In this document: one piece after another, positions 10,951 through 22,892 of the stretch
Numbering within the stretch: position 1 is the first letter of the stretch
How the letters are laid out: every line of letters begins with the position of its first letter
NCBI GenBank assembly: GCA_032718475.1
Contig: JAUCBJ010004016.1
Coordinates: 2,059-66,058 of the forward strand
DNA length: 64,000 bases
Direction of reading: 5' to 3'
From: Nemertoderma westbladi
Taxonomy: Eukaryota > Animalia > Xenacoelomorpha
Notes under the pieces: model-generated
Told to the model about the DNA's origin: nothing
The model's database searches: none
Seen by the model: the letters and a program-made list of their open reading frames with translations, nothing else
Made by a program: the position numbers and the translations under genes

Positions 10951-12939
10951 GGTTGGTGAAAATTCTTAGCCCGCGTGTTTTCTTAGCCCGCGAGTATTCT
11001 TAGCCCGCGAGTATTCTTAGCCCGCCGGTATTCTTAGGCCGCGAGTATTCTTAGCCCGCGGGTATTCTTAGCCAGTGAGTATTCTTAGCCCGCGAGTTAG
11101 TAAAGGAGCAGGTTAGTAAAGGAGCAGGTTAGTAAAGGAGCAGGTTTCAGAGGCGTATTGGGGGAACCAAAACAATAAACGTTATTGTTTTGCAGGCTAA
11201 GAATACCCACGGGCTGAGAATACCAACGGGCTAAGAATACCCATGGGCTAAGAATACTCGCGGGCTAAGAAAACCCATGTGCTAAGAATACCCACGGGTT
11301 AATAATACGCACAGGCTAAGAATACACGCGGTCTAAGAATACGCACGGGCTAAGACTACACGCGGTCTAAGAATACTACTACTACTAGGATCGGCATGCT
11401 GCATTGCAGCTGCATTTTTAAGAATGCTGTGCCGGCTTGTCAACAAAATTGCACCGCCACAACTCCCTATCACCCATGACATTTGCTAGATCATCCGCAT
11501 CTTTAAGGCCAGTGTCCTTTAAAATGCGTCTCAAGAAAGTCATAAGCTGTCCACCATGCTTATTCACTCCATGAGGCTGCCAAGGTACAAGATTATGCAC
11601 TGGCTGGTCCTCACGGCGAAAGCAATGTCCTGCAAAGCGGAGGCGATTTTGTTCTAGTGTCAAGCTTGGGGGAACCAATGAGACACCTCCAATGTTATAT
11701 AGTGTCTGGTTGGAGATGTGTGCATTGTACTTGACACAATGAACCCGGCGTAGCATTCTTGTGAATGTGCCATCCAGAGATTTGGTGTCCTCAACAGTTA
11801 GAGCCCAGCATGGACTCCCGTAGAGGAGTACTGGAACTACTGCTGCTCTAAATAATCGGACCTTAAGTTTCCGATTAATTCTAGGTGACTTCCAAATCCT
11901 GGAAAGCCTATTCAAGGCTGCCCATGCCTTTCCCTTACGTATTCGAAGGTCCTCACCTGACTTCCGGATCCATGATCCCAGGTAACAGAAGTCGTCCACA
12001 TGCTCAAGCATGCCATCCTTTGAGCTTATGCTCATCCGATCAGAGACTTGCTGAGGACTTTCAAAGTTAACTGTCAGAATTTTGGTCTTTCTGGAGTTAA
12101 TAAAAAGACCAACACTAGAAGCAGCATGTTCTAATGAGCTGAGGAGCCGTTGGGCTCCCTCTAATGATTCTGAGAGTACTCCTAAGTCATCAGCAAAGTC
12201 TAGATCAGTTAGGTACTTGGCAGGATTTCCTCGACTTCTGGAGCCAGTAGGTGGAGTTATCATCACCCCATCATCATTATGATGATCTAAGGACATGCGT
12301 AGAACATAGTCAACCACAATAATGAACAAGAATGGTGCAAGTGTGTCTCCTTGGAGGACGCCCCATAACACTTCAAATGGTTCTGTGTCACCGTCAACAG
12401 TAGACACAAATGTTGCGAACCATCGTATACTGATCTGATTGCTGCAATAATTTCATCAGGAATCCCATATAATGAAAGTATGCTGAACATACGTGACAGA
12501 GAGACTGAATCAAAGGCCTTGAAGAAGTCAACAAAGATAACAGCCAGATGCCTGTCTTTCTTTTTTGATAATTCTTCAATTATCCTTCTAAGTGCCAAAA
12601 TGGGCTCCATGGTCCCACGACCTTTACGGAACCCATTCTGATTTCCACGGAGCAGTCTCTCAATGGGATCCCTGATGCGATTTAATAGAATCCTATTGTA
12701 TAGCTTTGCAGCAATCGAGATCAATGAGATTCCCCGAAAAGAACCATAGAGTGTTAGGTTGCCCTTCTTTGGAACTGGCACCAACTTATTTGTTTTCATT
12801 TCTTGTGGGACTCTTGTTGTTCGGTACATGTCTACTATGATGGGATAGATGGTCTAAGAATACCCACGGGCTAAGAATGCACGCGGGGTAAGGATACATT
12901 CGGGCTAAGAACACCCACCGGCTAAGAATTCCTGAGACC
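10951..12939. mobile_element. Foldback-type MITE with inverted 17-bp arrays, interrupted by an RTE LINE
   Basis: GG...CC termini; flanks CTTTGAAC (10943-10950) and CTGTGAAC (12940-12947), 7/8 match. Left arm (TTCTTAGCCCGCGAGTA)n, right arm its reverse complement. A second copy is at 31100-31602. Confidence 0.8.
11377..12850 (-). mobile_element. 5'-truncated RTE-clade LINE with frameshifted reverse transcriptase
   Basis: QNGFRKGRG, FVDFFKAFDSV, GVLQGDTLAPFLF, LDFADD and YLGS split over ORFs 12829-12287 and 12407-11418; (TAG)n 3' tail; 13-bp TSD GGTCTAAGAATAC at 11364-11376 and 12851-12863. Confidence 0.9.
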
Positions 12940-12950
12940 CTGTGAACTCA

Positions 12951-13303
12951 TGGAATCAATACACCTAACATAAAATTCTTGGAATTGATACACCTACCAG
13001 TAATCGTATGGAAACAATACACCTAACAGTAATCGGGTGGAAGCGATACACCTAACATTAAATGTGTGGAAGCGATACACCTAACATGTATATTTACTAT
13101 ATATTCCCATTGCAGCTGCATGGGGGCGCAAGGTAAAAAAACACACTGAAAATTTATCTGGCAAATTAAATTCACCTAACATAGCTTGAAACTTCGCGAC
13201 ATGATTTTTTTCGTAATTTGAGACAACTGTTAGCGGAAAGTGTTAGCACAATTGCGAAGTTAGCACAATGATTGTGGGAATCTGGCGAAATGTTAGGTGT
13301 ATT
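12951..13303. repeat. Short repeats (GATACACCTAACA core) with an inverted copy; possible MITE remnant
   Basis: About five ATACACCTAACA-containing units at 12959-13086 and TGTTAGGTGTATT at 13291-13303. Confidence 0.45.
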
Positions 13304-13401
13304 ACGCGTTTGCACGCGCACAGAGACTTTTGAAAAACGGCCATAGTATAATTATATCAGTTCGCTGATGGCTCGCCATTCGTGTCTCGCCCCACATTAA
13401 G

Positions 13402-13730
13402 TGTGACGGAATCCACTGGAGTTGACAGTGGTGGATTCCGACCGGTGTGTGGATTGTACGCGTCGTCGCGTCCGTGGGCTCTTGGGCTAGCACTGTATAT
13501 ATTAGGCCGAAGGCCGTTGAAAATGACAGGGTTAAATTGTCAGTATTAATAATCACAGTAATTGATAATAGCAGTCTGAATATAATAATATGCAATACAA
13601 ACAGTAACGATGACGGTCAAAACTGTTCCGGTCTCACAACCTTAAGGAAATCAACTAAACTAAATCAGTAATCACAACGGTTATATCATTGACACATATT
13701 ACATTAGCCCTACACTACAGGATGGCCTTT
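13402..13730 (-). mobile_element. Diverged LTR fragment related to the 3909-6693 LTRs
   Basis: Collinear shared motifs TGTGACGG, CCGACCGG, GTACGCGTC, GGCCGA(A)GGCCGTTG, GATGACGGTCAA and CCGGTCT; right boundary approximate. Confidence 0.65.
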
Positions 13731-15814
13731 ATGCGCTCTTGTCCAAAAAGTTCGCACAATAATAATTTAAATAATATTATTAAAAGTTTGACGTCCGAAT
13801 AAAATCAGATTACGCCTTAGCAGCCCAACTACTTGTTGAGGCTCACTCAACGTGTTGGCGGGCCTATTTTACACAAGCGGCGATACCTTTACCGTATGGT
13901 AGTTAATATGTCCAGATGTTTAGGTAAAACCAGTAGTGTGTTCTTTGCATATTTAACATGAGCCTATGGGGAGTATTGTTGTTGTAAGATAAGTCAGGGG
14001 AAGGGAAATACAACTCAACAACTAGACAACTCTACAACTTTCAGCTATCCCGGGAGGTTGATTGACAGACACTTCTAAGCTTTGATATTTAGCCGCTCTA
14101 GGTAGACTTACATTAGGCAAACTCCAAGTGATTTCCTAAAGGGAATTTGCCATTTCCTATTATGTAGGATCCAATAGGACGTTATTTGAAAGCGTTACTG
14201 TACATACAATAGTGTATTAATTATTGTTGTACCTTGTACGGAATAATGTTGCTAGTAAAATATATATTCGAGATTGCGGAATTCTGGAATATTAATAAGT
14301 CAACAATTTATTATCATTAATGAGTCAAGTTTTTGATGAGCAGTTGCAAAAATAAAAACAATGCCCCTATGGGAATGTTTCCCTTAAGATTTATCCTCCT
14401 GTACACTTTACCTGGGTTGTCTGGTGGACGAGAACCTAAGCTATTGATTTTCGTTTATTGTTTTGCGGCAGTAAAATAAAGTTATAAAAGACGATTTACA
14501 AAAAAGTTCCGTATTTCAAGTACATGTACGGCAAAAATCGAATTTGGTTGGATAATACCAGATACGATATTTTTGAGTGTCATATGCCTATTCGTAATCG
14601 TAATCAGTGTCTCACAAAACCCACAATGTCTTAAAATTAGGTTGATTTGGTAATCGCCTACTTTGCAAAGCTGTGCCCAACAAAAGTTATAATAGCTTCT
14701 ACGATATTTTAGCCAATAGCCGCGGAAACATACAACCTCCAGGACTATTTTGTAGATTTTGTAGCAATAATTTCTGCATCTACTGTATATTTCAATATTT
14801 TATCACATTAATGGTCTCATGTGGGGCCACATATATATATATATATATATTGAAAGAAATAATATGTGAATTATTCAATAACAAAGAAATATACAATAAT
14901 TTGTAGCCAAGGCGACTAAGAAGTAAAATAGTGCTTTTTTATACGTTGTTGAACTCGGTTACCATGGCAACAAACCGCAAACCTGTTTTATGTCCGTTTT
15001 ATGTTTACCCCCTGCTGATAGATCTTGTTTCAGACTGCCATCTGGAATTATTCCAGTTTGTGTCACAATTATTAACCCCCTGCAGCCCATGACATGCATG
15101 GTCTGTCCATGGACTTCTAGAATATTAATTTATACCAGGACTGGAAACTGTTTATTCGGAAATACCAGTTGAGGCCTGCTTTCTGATTTTTGCTAGCAGT
15201 TATTTATTTTATGAATCATCATATCTAAACCGCTACCGTTTGAGTTGTTCTGAACGGATTTTAATAATTTATGTAGCATTAGATGCTCAGATTTCTCAGC
15301 TATACTTATATAAAATAAAACAAACTCTTACACTTAGCCGTGCCATTATAGAAATTTTTCGAAATAATAAAATGATCTTAAAATATTTGTTCTAGAACAA
15401 AATAATTTTTATATTAAATGATTAGATAATATGTTCTAGAACATTTAAAAAAAAAGTAACAAAAACTAGCTAGTATAAAAATACTGTATATACAAAGATA
15501 ACATAAAATAAAAAGTGTATGCAAAGATAATATATATATAACATATTATATTATATTATATATATAACATATTAACATATTTTACAAAATTTTAAAAATT
15601 AATAAATTAGCTAGTGCTTTTTACTTCTTGTTCTAGAACAAAAAATATTTGTTCAAGAACAAAATTTTTATATTAAATGAATAGATAATATGTTCTAGAA
15701 CATTTAAAAAGAATAAACAAAAACTAGCTAGTATTAAAAATGTAACCGTAACAAAATGTAATTGTACGTAGAATATATTACAATCTAAATATAATTATAT
15801 TGAATATATAGGTG

Positions 15815-16031
15815 ACACGGCAAACTGTAAGAGAGCCGGGGGGAGAGCACGGCAAACTGATAGAGAGCCGGGGGGGGCACGGCAAATTGTAAGAGAGCCG
15901 GGGGGGGGGCACGGCAAACTTTAAGAGAGCCGGGGGGGGGGGCACGGCAAACTGTAAGAGAGCCGGGGGGGGGCACGGCAAACTTTAAGAGAGCCGGGGG
16001 AGGGGGGGGCACGGCAAACTGTAAGAGAGCC
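15815..16031. repeat. Minisatellite, ~30-33 bp, 7 copies
   Basis: CACGGCAAACTGTAAGAGAGCC followed by a G-run of variable length. Confidence 0.9.
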
Positions 16032-16210
16032 CAAATAATTGGCTTGGCTGATTGGCTTAATGTCTGGCCTGGTTTAAGATGGTGTGTGGTGTAGCGGTAT
16101 GAATTCCCTTTGCCCTTTGAACTAATGAGGCAGTATGTATCCAGTGCAGAAGGAGGCAGGCAGGCAGGTGGGTTGAGATTGAGCTTAGCTCGTTATTTTA
16201 TGTTTTACCG

Positions 16211-17428
16211 GGATCTAGGACACTTCCCCCCCGGACACTTCCCCCCCGCCCAAGTAGGACACTTCCCCCCCCGGACACTTCCCCCCCGGACACTTGCCCC
16301 CCGGACACTTCCCCCCCAGTTAAAGTGTTAAAATTAATCTGGGTGCATCAAAGCAATAAACAAAAGTTAAAGATGGTTACAGGACAAGTTGTATCTAGAC
16401 AAGTTTTTCAAAATTATAAAAGAAACATTTTTATAGTCAAATTTTGTTTGTTTTTCTTTTAATTCCTTTAATTCTTTTAATTTCTTTTAATTGGGGGCTG
16501 CCGCCCCCAAACCCCCGCTTCTTTTGTTGGGGGCTACCGCCCCCAAACCCCCGCTTCTTTTCTTGGGGGCTGCCGCCCCCAAACCCCCGTTCTTTTCTTG
16601 GGGGTTATCGCCCCCAGACCCCGGCATTTCCCTGAGTGCCCGTGGTGAAAGACTTAAGACCACTTTGAAATAATTAATTCATGTTTGTATCATCAGATAA
16701 TAAATTGACTAAGCCTAAAGTAGGAGCTGTATTGAATGTTAACCAATTTAATATATAAATTACTACAATATTATATAATTCAACAAAATCCTATTAAAAA
16801 TATTGCAAGTAACCAGGAAATTTAATATGTAGTGTGTATAATATCTATATAGTATGTATAGTAGTAATATATATATCAATATGTAATGCTGAACACAGAA
16901 TACAGGTCGACGCATGTCGATTTTACCCTGGAGAGGTATAATTTTGATTGCAACAATAATATTCATCCCCATCTGCTACAATTTGAAGAAGACTATTACA
17001 TAATAATACCTATAATTAAAACAATTAATTATTATTATTCTATAGTAAATAAAAACAGTATATCATTCCGGGGATGGAATTTATACGTCATCGAATATAA
17101 TTAATTGTTTAAAGATTAGCAAACAATACGATGTAATTGCATTGATAAAACCCATAAATAAAACTTGGATATAAAATGTAAAATCGGGATGCAAAAGATC
17201 ACTTTCTGAGCTACGAAAGGAAAATTGAATACAACTTATCTGGATACAAGCGGTCCGTTTACCTTACAAAATTAAAAATACGAATGTGCGAAGTTAAGAA
17301 CAGTCGGGGGGGAAGTGTCCGCGGGGGGGAAGTGTCTGGGGGGGAAGTGTCCGGGGGGGAAGTGTCCTACTTGAGCGGGGGGGAACTGTCCGGGGGGGAA
17401 GTGTCCGGGGGGGAAGTGTCCGAACACC
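16211..17428. mobile_element. Non-autonomous Mutator-like (foldback, Rehavkus/Phantom-type) element
   Basis: Perfect 9-bp TSD GTTTTACCG (16202-16210 and 17429-17437); GG...CC ends; arms of (GGACACTTCCCCCCC)n and inverted (GGGGGGGAAGTGTCC)n; internal 36-bp repeats at ~16490-16625. Confidence 0.82.
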
Positions 17429-18361
17429 GTTTTACCGGCATAGAATTTTTAGCTCTGATGTACATGAAGCAGTGAAGGGTGAAGCACGAGCACAACATAA
17501 GCCAAACCTAACTTATTCAGTTATTCAGCTATATCTGGAAATATGTAATTACTTAATAATTAATTAATTAACTTATATTATAGGTTATTAATTAGGTTAA
17601 TTATTGTGAATGAATTCACAATAATTAACTTAATTAATTAATTATTTTATTTATATAGGTCTCAATAAGAAGGTGTACTTCTAAGCTGCCCAAATGTATT
17701 AATCTATTAATTTATTTACACGATTGTTGCAGAAATCTACGTAAATACTTTAATGGAGATTGGACAGTCTCCTACAGTATTAATTTATTTACGCGGTTGA
17801 AGTACAAATCCGAGTAAATACTTTAAAGGAAGTCGGGCAATTAACGTTTTTACGTATGGAAGCTGTCGGGCGACCGTAGTCACAACATTTTAATTAAAAT
17901 TTATGACATTATACATTAAAATGGTCACACAAAATAAACTGAATAAAAACTGAAAACATTAAACTATCTGGCCAAAGATACATGGCGGGCACACGGCACA
18001 GGCACTCACTTGGTTACCGATTACCATTAATTGCTTCTTTGCCTAACCTTACACTCAAGTTAAAAATTATGCCTTAAACTGTTAAAGGTTAAAGCCCCTC
18101 ATACTGTCATAAGGAACTGGAGGGTATACACTAAAGCCCAATATTGGATCTCCCTCCAATCAGCCAATAGTCAAACCAACATCTATTGATGTAATACAGT
18201 ACAAGCACAAGCAATGTACAAGCAATGTACCTAATGTTAATGTACCAAATGTTATTGTTGTTGCGACACTCGGCACTGTACCTAATGTTAATGTACCCAA
18301 TGTTGTCGCGACACCCGGCAAAGTACCTAATGTTAATGCTAAAGTAATTACTCATATCAAC

Positions 18362-21300
18362 ATGTTACCCGGCAACTCACTTCACCTTTGCATTATGAAC
18401 CCCAGGTCAGCCCGAAACAAAAGCGCCGAGATTGTGGAATTCATTTCCAACAATAATATTGACATATGCGCGCTAACAGAAACCTGGTTCAGCGCTAACG
18501 ATACAGTGGCAAAGAACCTTTGCGCTCCAAAGGGATACACTATCGATGACTCACCACGGCTTAACCGCCCTGGTGGAGGCACCGGTGTAATTCTAAAAGA
18601 CTCATTACACTACACACTGCACAGCACTAACGAAAATAGCTCATTCGAATACTCAGTATGGTCCATTAAATCTTCTAACACCAAACTATGTTTGGTCGTT
18701 ATCTACCGCCCACCATATAGTACAGCTCATCCCATTACATGCTTAACGTTTTTTGACGAATTCCCGAAATTCATCGAACCATGGCTTTGCTGTGAGGAGC
18801 GACTAATTGTGGTAGGCGACTTTAATATACATGTAGACATAGAAGATAATTACGATGCATCTAAGTTTTTGGACATTCTTGACAGTATAGGCTTACAACA
18901 ACACGTTTCCATCCCAACCCACGAATCCGGACACACACTTGACCTAATAATGACTAGAAATTGCGGCGATTTGACTGTAAGTCCACCGACCGGATCGTAT
19001 TACGTTTCCGATCACTGTGTGGTGCAATGCCTCATTTCTATACCGAAGCCCCAATCTATTCCTAAAACTATTCAATTTCGAAATATAGGGTCAGTAGTAG
19101 TTGACGATTTGAACAGGGATATATGCAACTCAGATCTCTGTAAACCATCATTTACCGCTCTCAACATTGATGAACAGGCATTAACCTACAATAAAACGCT
19201 TTCTGCATTGATTGACAAACACGCCCCAATAAAGACCAAATCAATTACTGAACGCTCTGGTCCAAAATGGTTCACCGGGAACGCTAGGAAACTGAAGTCC
19301 CAACGCCGGACTGCTGAACGGCATTGGCGGCAATCGAAATCACCTACTGACATGGCGGAATTCAAACGAATTAGGAAACTATACACAGCACAATTAATTT
19401 CCGACCGTAGATCCTTTTACCGGGGCGAGATTGATGCATGTAATGGTGATCAGAAGGCGCTGTTCAGCCTGGTTAGGTCGCTTGCAAAGCAACATAAAAA
19501 TATTACTTATCCCGCCCACAGCTCTCCTACCGAACTAGCCAACATGTTCGCTGACCACTTTGCTACAAAGATACAAATTATCAGAGATAATCTAGACGAA
19601 ATGAATGCGACTGGATCTGGAATACGCGATCCCCTTTGCAGCTTTGAACCAGATGGTACATTAAGCATTACCGAAACAGACAACTCTGTGGCCAGCGCGT
19701 CACTCTCATCCTTTAAAGTACTGTCCACACCTAGCATTATAAAACTAATAAAATCTGCCCCAAATAAACAATGCCCTCTAGACCCATTACCTACAAGTAC
19801 GCTAAAACATTGCATTTCAAGTCTTTGCACACCCATAACAATTATGACTAATAACTCTCTGCAGAGTGGTACAGTCCCAGATATTTGGAAAACAGCGCAG
19901 GTCTCCCCATTACTAAAAAAAGTTAGTCTTGACTCGACTCTGAAGTTTAACTTCCGACCTGTTAGCGGTTTGCCCTTCGTTTCAAAAATTGCAGAAAGAG
20001 CGGTGGTGTCGCAATTTCTCCCCTATATAAACGAACATCATCCCTTGCCAACCAACGAATCTGGATATCGAAAATTTCATAGCACAGAAACAGCACTGAT
20101 TAAAGTCCAATCAGATATTCTTATAAACATGGATAAGAAAAAAGTGACATTTCTAGTACTTCTAGATCTCAGCTCCGCCTTCGACACCGTTGACCACGAT
20201 CGCCTTCTGCGTGTGTTCGAATCTGACCTGGGAATTTGCGGCACATGTCTACGGTGGTTCTCATCCTTCCTCCGGGGGCGCCGCCAACACGTAACAACTC
20301 TCGGTTCCAATTCCAGAGAACACGTATTGGAATACGGCTTCCCCCAGGGTGCATGATTATCCTGTCACTATTTCAGTAATTTCGGGCGGGGTCTATTTAC
20401 TATCATTGAGAACCACTTGCCAATCGCCTTACATGGATATGCTGATGACAAACAAACATACCATGCGTTTCAGCCATCAAGTGAATCCAACGAAACAGAT
20501 GCATTACAAGCCCTCCAGAGATGTATTGCAGATATACGTAGGTGGTTTATTGTAAACAAACTTAAAATAAACGATGATAAAACCGAGTTTATAATACTGG
20601 GAACACCTCAACAACTCTCTAAAGTATCTACACAATACCTAAACGTTGGTAACTTTAAAATACGCCCTGCAAAATTTGTAAAGAACCTCGGCACATGGTT
20701 CGATCCAAATCTCACCATGGGAAAATTCATATCCAAAACTTGTAATGCCGCGTTCTTCCACATCCATAATATTCGCCGTATCATCAACTTTCTTGACCAA
20801 AAGTCCGCTAAAACAGTTATACATTCACTTATTTCAAGTCGGATTGACTACTGTAACGGCCTCCTCTATGGGGTGTCTAGCTACCAACTAGCAAAATTGC
20901 AACGTGTGCAAAACTCGGCCGCCCGCCTACTAACTAGGGTTCACAAGTATGACCACATTACGCCGAGTCTCAAAGAATTACATTGGCTACCAGTGCGTAA
21001 ACGCATTGAGTTTAAATTGCTTCTCCTTGTCCACAAGTCCACCTTAGGTCACGCACCACAGTACATATCTGACATGCTTGTCCGGGTCAATCGCAATAAC
21101 AACACTACAAGGAATTGCTCTACACTCACTTTCGTTGAGCCGCGATTCAACTGTCAAACCCTAGGGCGCCGGGCATTCCCAGTAGCCGCCCCACGACTCT
21201 GGAACAAACTCCCAAAAGATATCCGCTCGATTTCCGACACCACAATTTTTAAACAGCGACTCAAAAGTCAAAACACATCTTTTTGAAATTGCATATAATT

Positions 21301-21770
21301 AAACTCCAAAACATGAACTCTCTAATTCTTTTATTCCAACTCTAGATATTCAATCAACTCTCCAAAAACTGTAAACTTCTTTTAATTTGTTCTTCATGCG
21401 TTTTTTAGTGTTTCTGTTCATTTTATTACCCCATCGCTCGTTTTTATTGTTTCAGTACGTCCGTCAACTACACTTTTTAACTATGCTAATTAATTTTTTT
21501 ATTACATATTTTTTACTGTACGTTTCATTTACGGCAGTACGGCGAGTATATTTATCAATTTGTACTGTATGTTCCACTTTTTAACGATTGTAATAACTTT
21601 TAGTCATTTCGAACTGCACGTTTTATCGTTAGTGACGACTATAATTTTTTAATTTCTGTACTACTTGCACTGCTAGTTTTAATGTTATATTGCTTGTGAC
21701 GTAAGCGCCTTAGCATACTTCTATTGTTGTAAATTCGGCGCTATACAAATGCATCATTATTATTATTATT
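18362..21770 (+). mobile_element. L2/CR1-group LINE, near-complete ORF2 (APE plus RT) with a frameshift near 20350
   Basis: ALTETW, IYRPP, GDFNIH, HTLDL and SDH (APE); FRPVS, HSTETAL, LLDLSSAFDTVDH, PQG, then YADD, KNLG, RIDYCN and LHWLPV in another frame. 3' end AAGCGCCTTAG...GGCGCTATACAAAT plus (ATT)n tail is L2-like. 5' boundary not determined. Confidence 0.9.
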
Positions 21771-22222
21771 GTACCGGTCTGCCGCTGCCGGTACTGTAAT
21801 CTGGTAGTACTGTAATTACAGTAATAAGCAGTGCAGTAGCCCAGTTAGTAGCCCCTGACTGCAGTACCAGTACTGCCCTACATCCCTACACTGCTATACA
21901 GTAAGTGCATTACAGCATTATTCCGGTAGGCCTACTCTGTTAACCTCTTAACTGTTACCAGGCAGCCCAGCAGCCAGGTGCCAGCTGCCAGGTCACCGTA
22001 CTTGGTAGTGCATTCAGCTTCAATATGGCTTCACGGGACGGTACTTACTTCTGTACTTACTTAGGGCCTAGCCCTAGGCCTACTCTACTTCTACTACAGT
22101 AGGCCGACTAAATATAGGCCTAATTACTTAGTCACTACTACAGTAGGCCTACTAAATATAATTACTTAGTCAAACAGTTTCCGGCACGTTCAGACGTTCA
22201 ATTTGTCAATCGTTGCATCGTT

Positions 22223-22892
22223 ATGGAACCGCGCGCGGCACCGTTAGCTAACGGCCCCGTCCCTTTCATTCCTCCAACCTCCCCCCAAACCGAAGTTTAC
22301 GACAAACCGTTGACCTTAGAAATCCTAAGTTTAGTCAACGAATCCCAACAGCAGCACGGTCTGCGTCATTCTGACTACCAACGGTACCGACAGTACTGCA
22401 GTCGTCGCATTCGCAGACTGCGCCACTCGCTGCACTTCAATCACACGTCTAAGAGTAAACGCTTCAATAAGAAACCGATAGTCGCAGAGACAGTAACAGA
22501 TGTGCGTTTCCTACACATACTGTTGATGTTATCGGAGCGAGCGTGGAGCTTCGCGATGCAACTGAAAGAGCAATCGAATACGGAACCGCGGAAGCGATTC
22601 CACCTGATACGGCGAATGAAGAAGGCCGTCGGGTTTACCTCCCGGCTTGAATCTCTCTGTTCTTCCGTGACTCGCGTTGACGCCGGCTCCCGATTGGAGA
22701 GTCAGGCCTACTGCAGCTGGATGAAGGGGATGCTTAGTTTCGAGTTGAGTCGCTGGAGCGACGCGTTGGTTCAGTTGACGGTCGCGGCGAATATTTACCA
22801 GAAACTGGACGAGGCGTTTGGGGGATCGTCTGGATTCGCTTTGAAGAGGGAGGAGGTCTTACCTAGTATCCGTTACTGCGCCTACAATATAG
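22223..22892 (+). CDS. SRP68: Signal recognition particle subunit SRP68, exon 1
   Basis: QQQHGLRHSDYQRYRQYCSRRIRRLR, SERAWSFAMQLK, PRKRFH and IRYCAYNIG are hallmark SRP68 RNA-binding-domain motifs; donor G|GTACGG, phase 1. Confidence 0.95.

Larger units (their letters stand above)
2666..14200. mobile_element. Putative Tc1/mariner-type TIR element hosting nested insertions
   Basis: TA|CAGTACCGCTTTCAAATAACGTCGTATTGGATCCTA at 2664-2701 matches the reverse complement of 14165-14202 (TA|CAGTAACGCTTTCAAATAACGTCCTATTGGATCCTA) with 2 mismatches; TA on both sides; no transposase seen. Confidence 0.55.
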
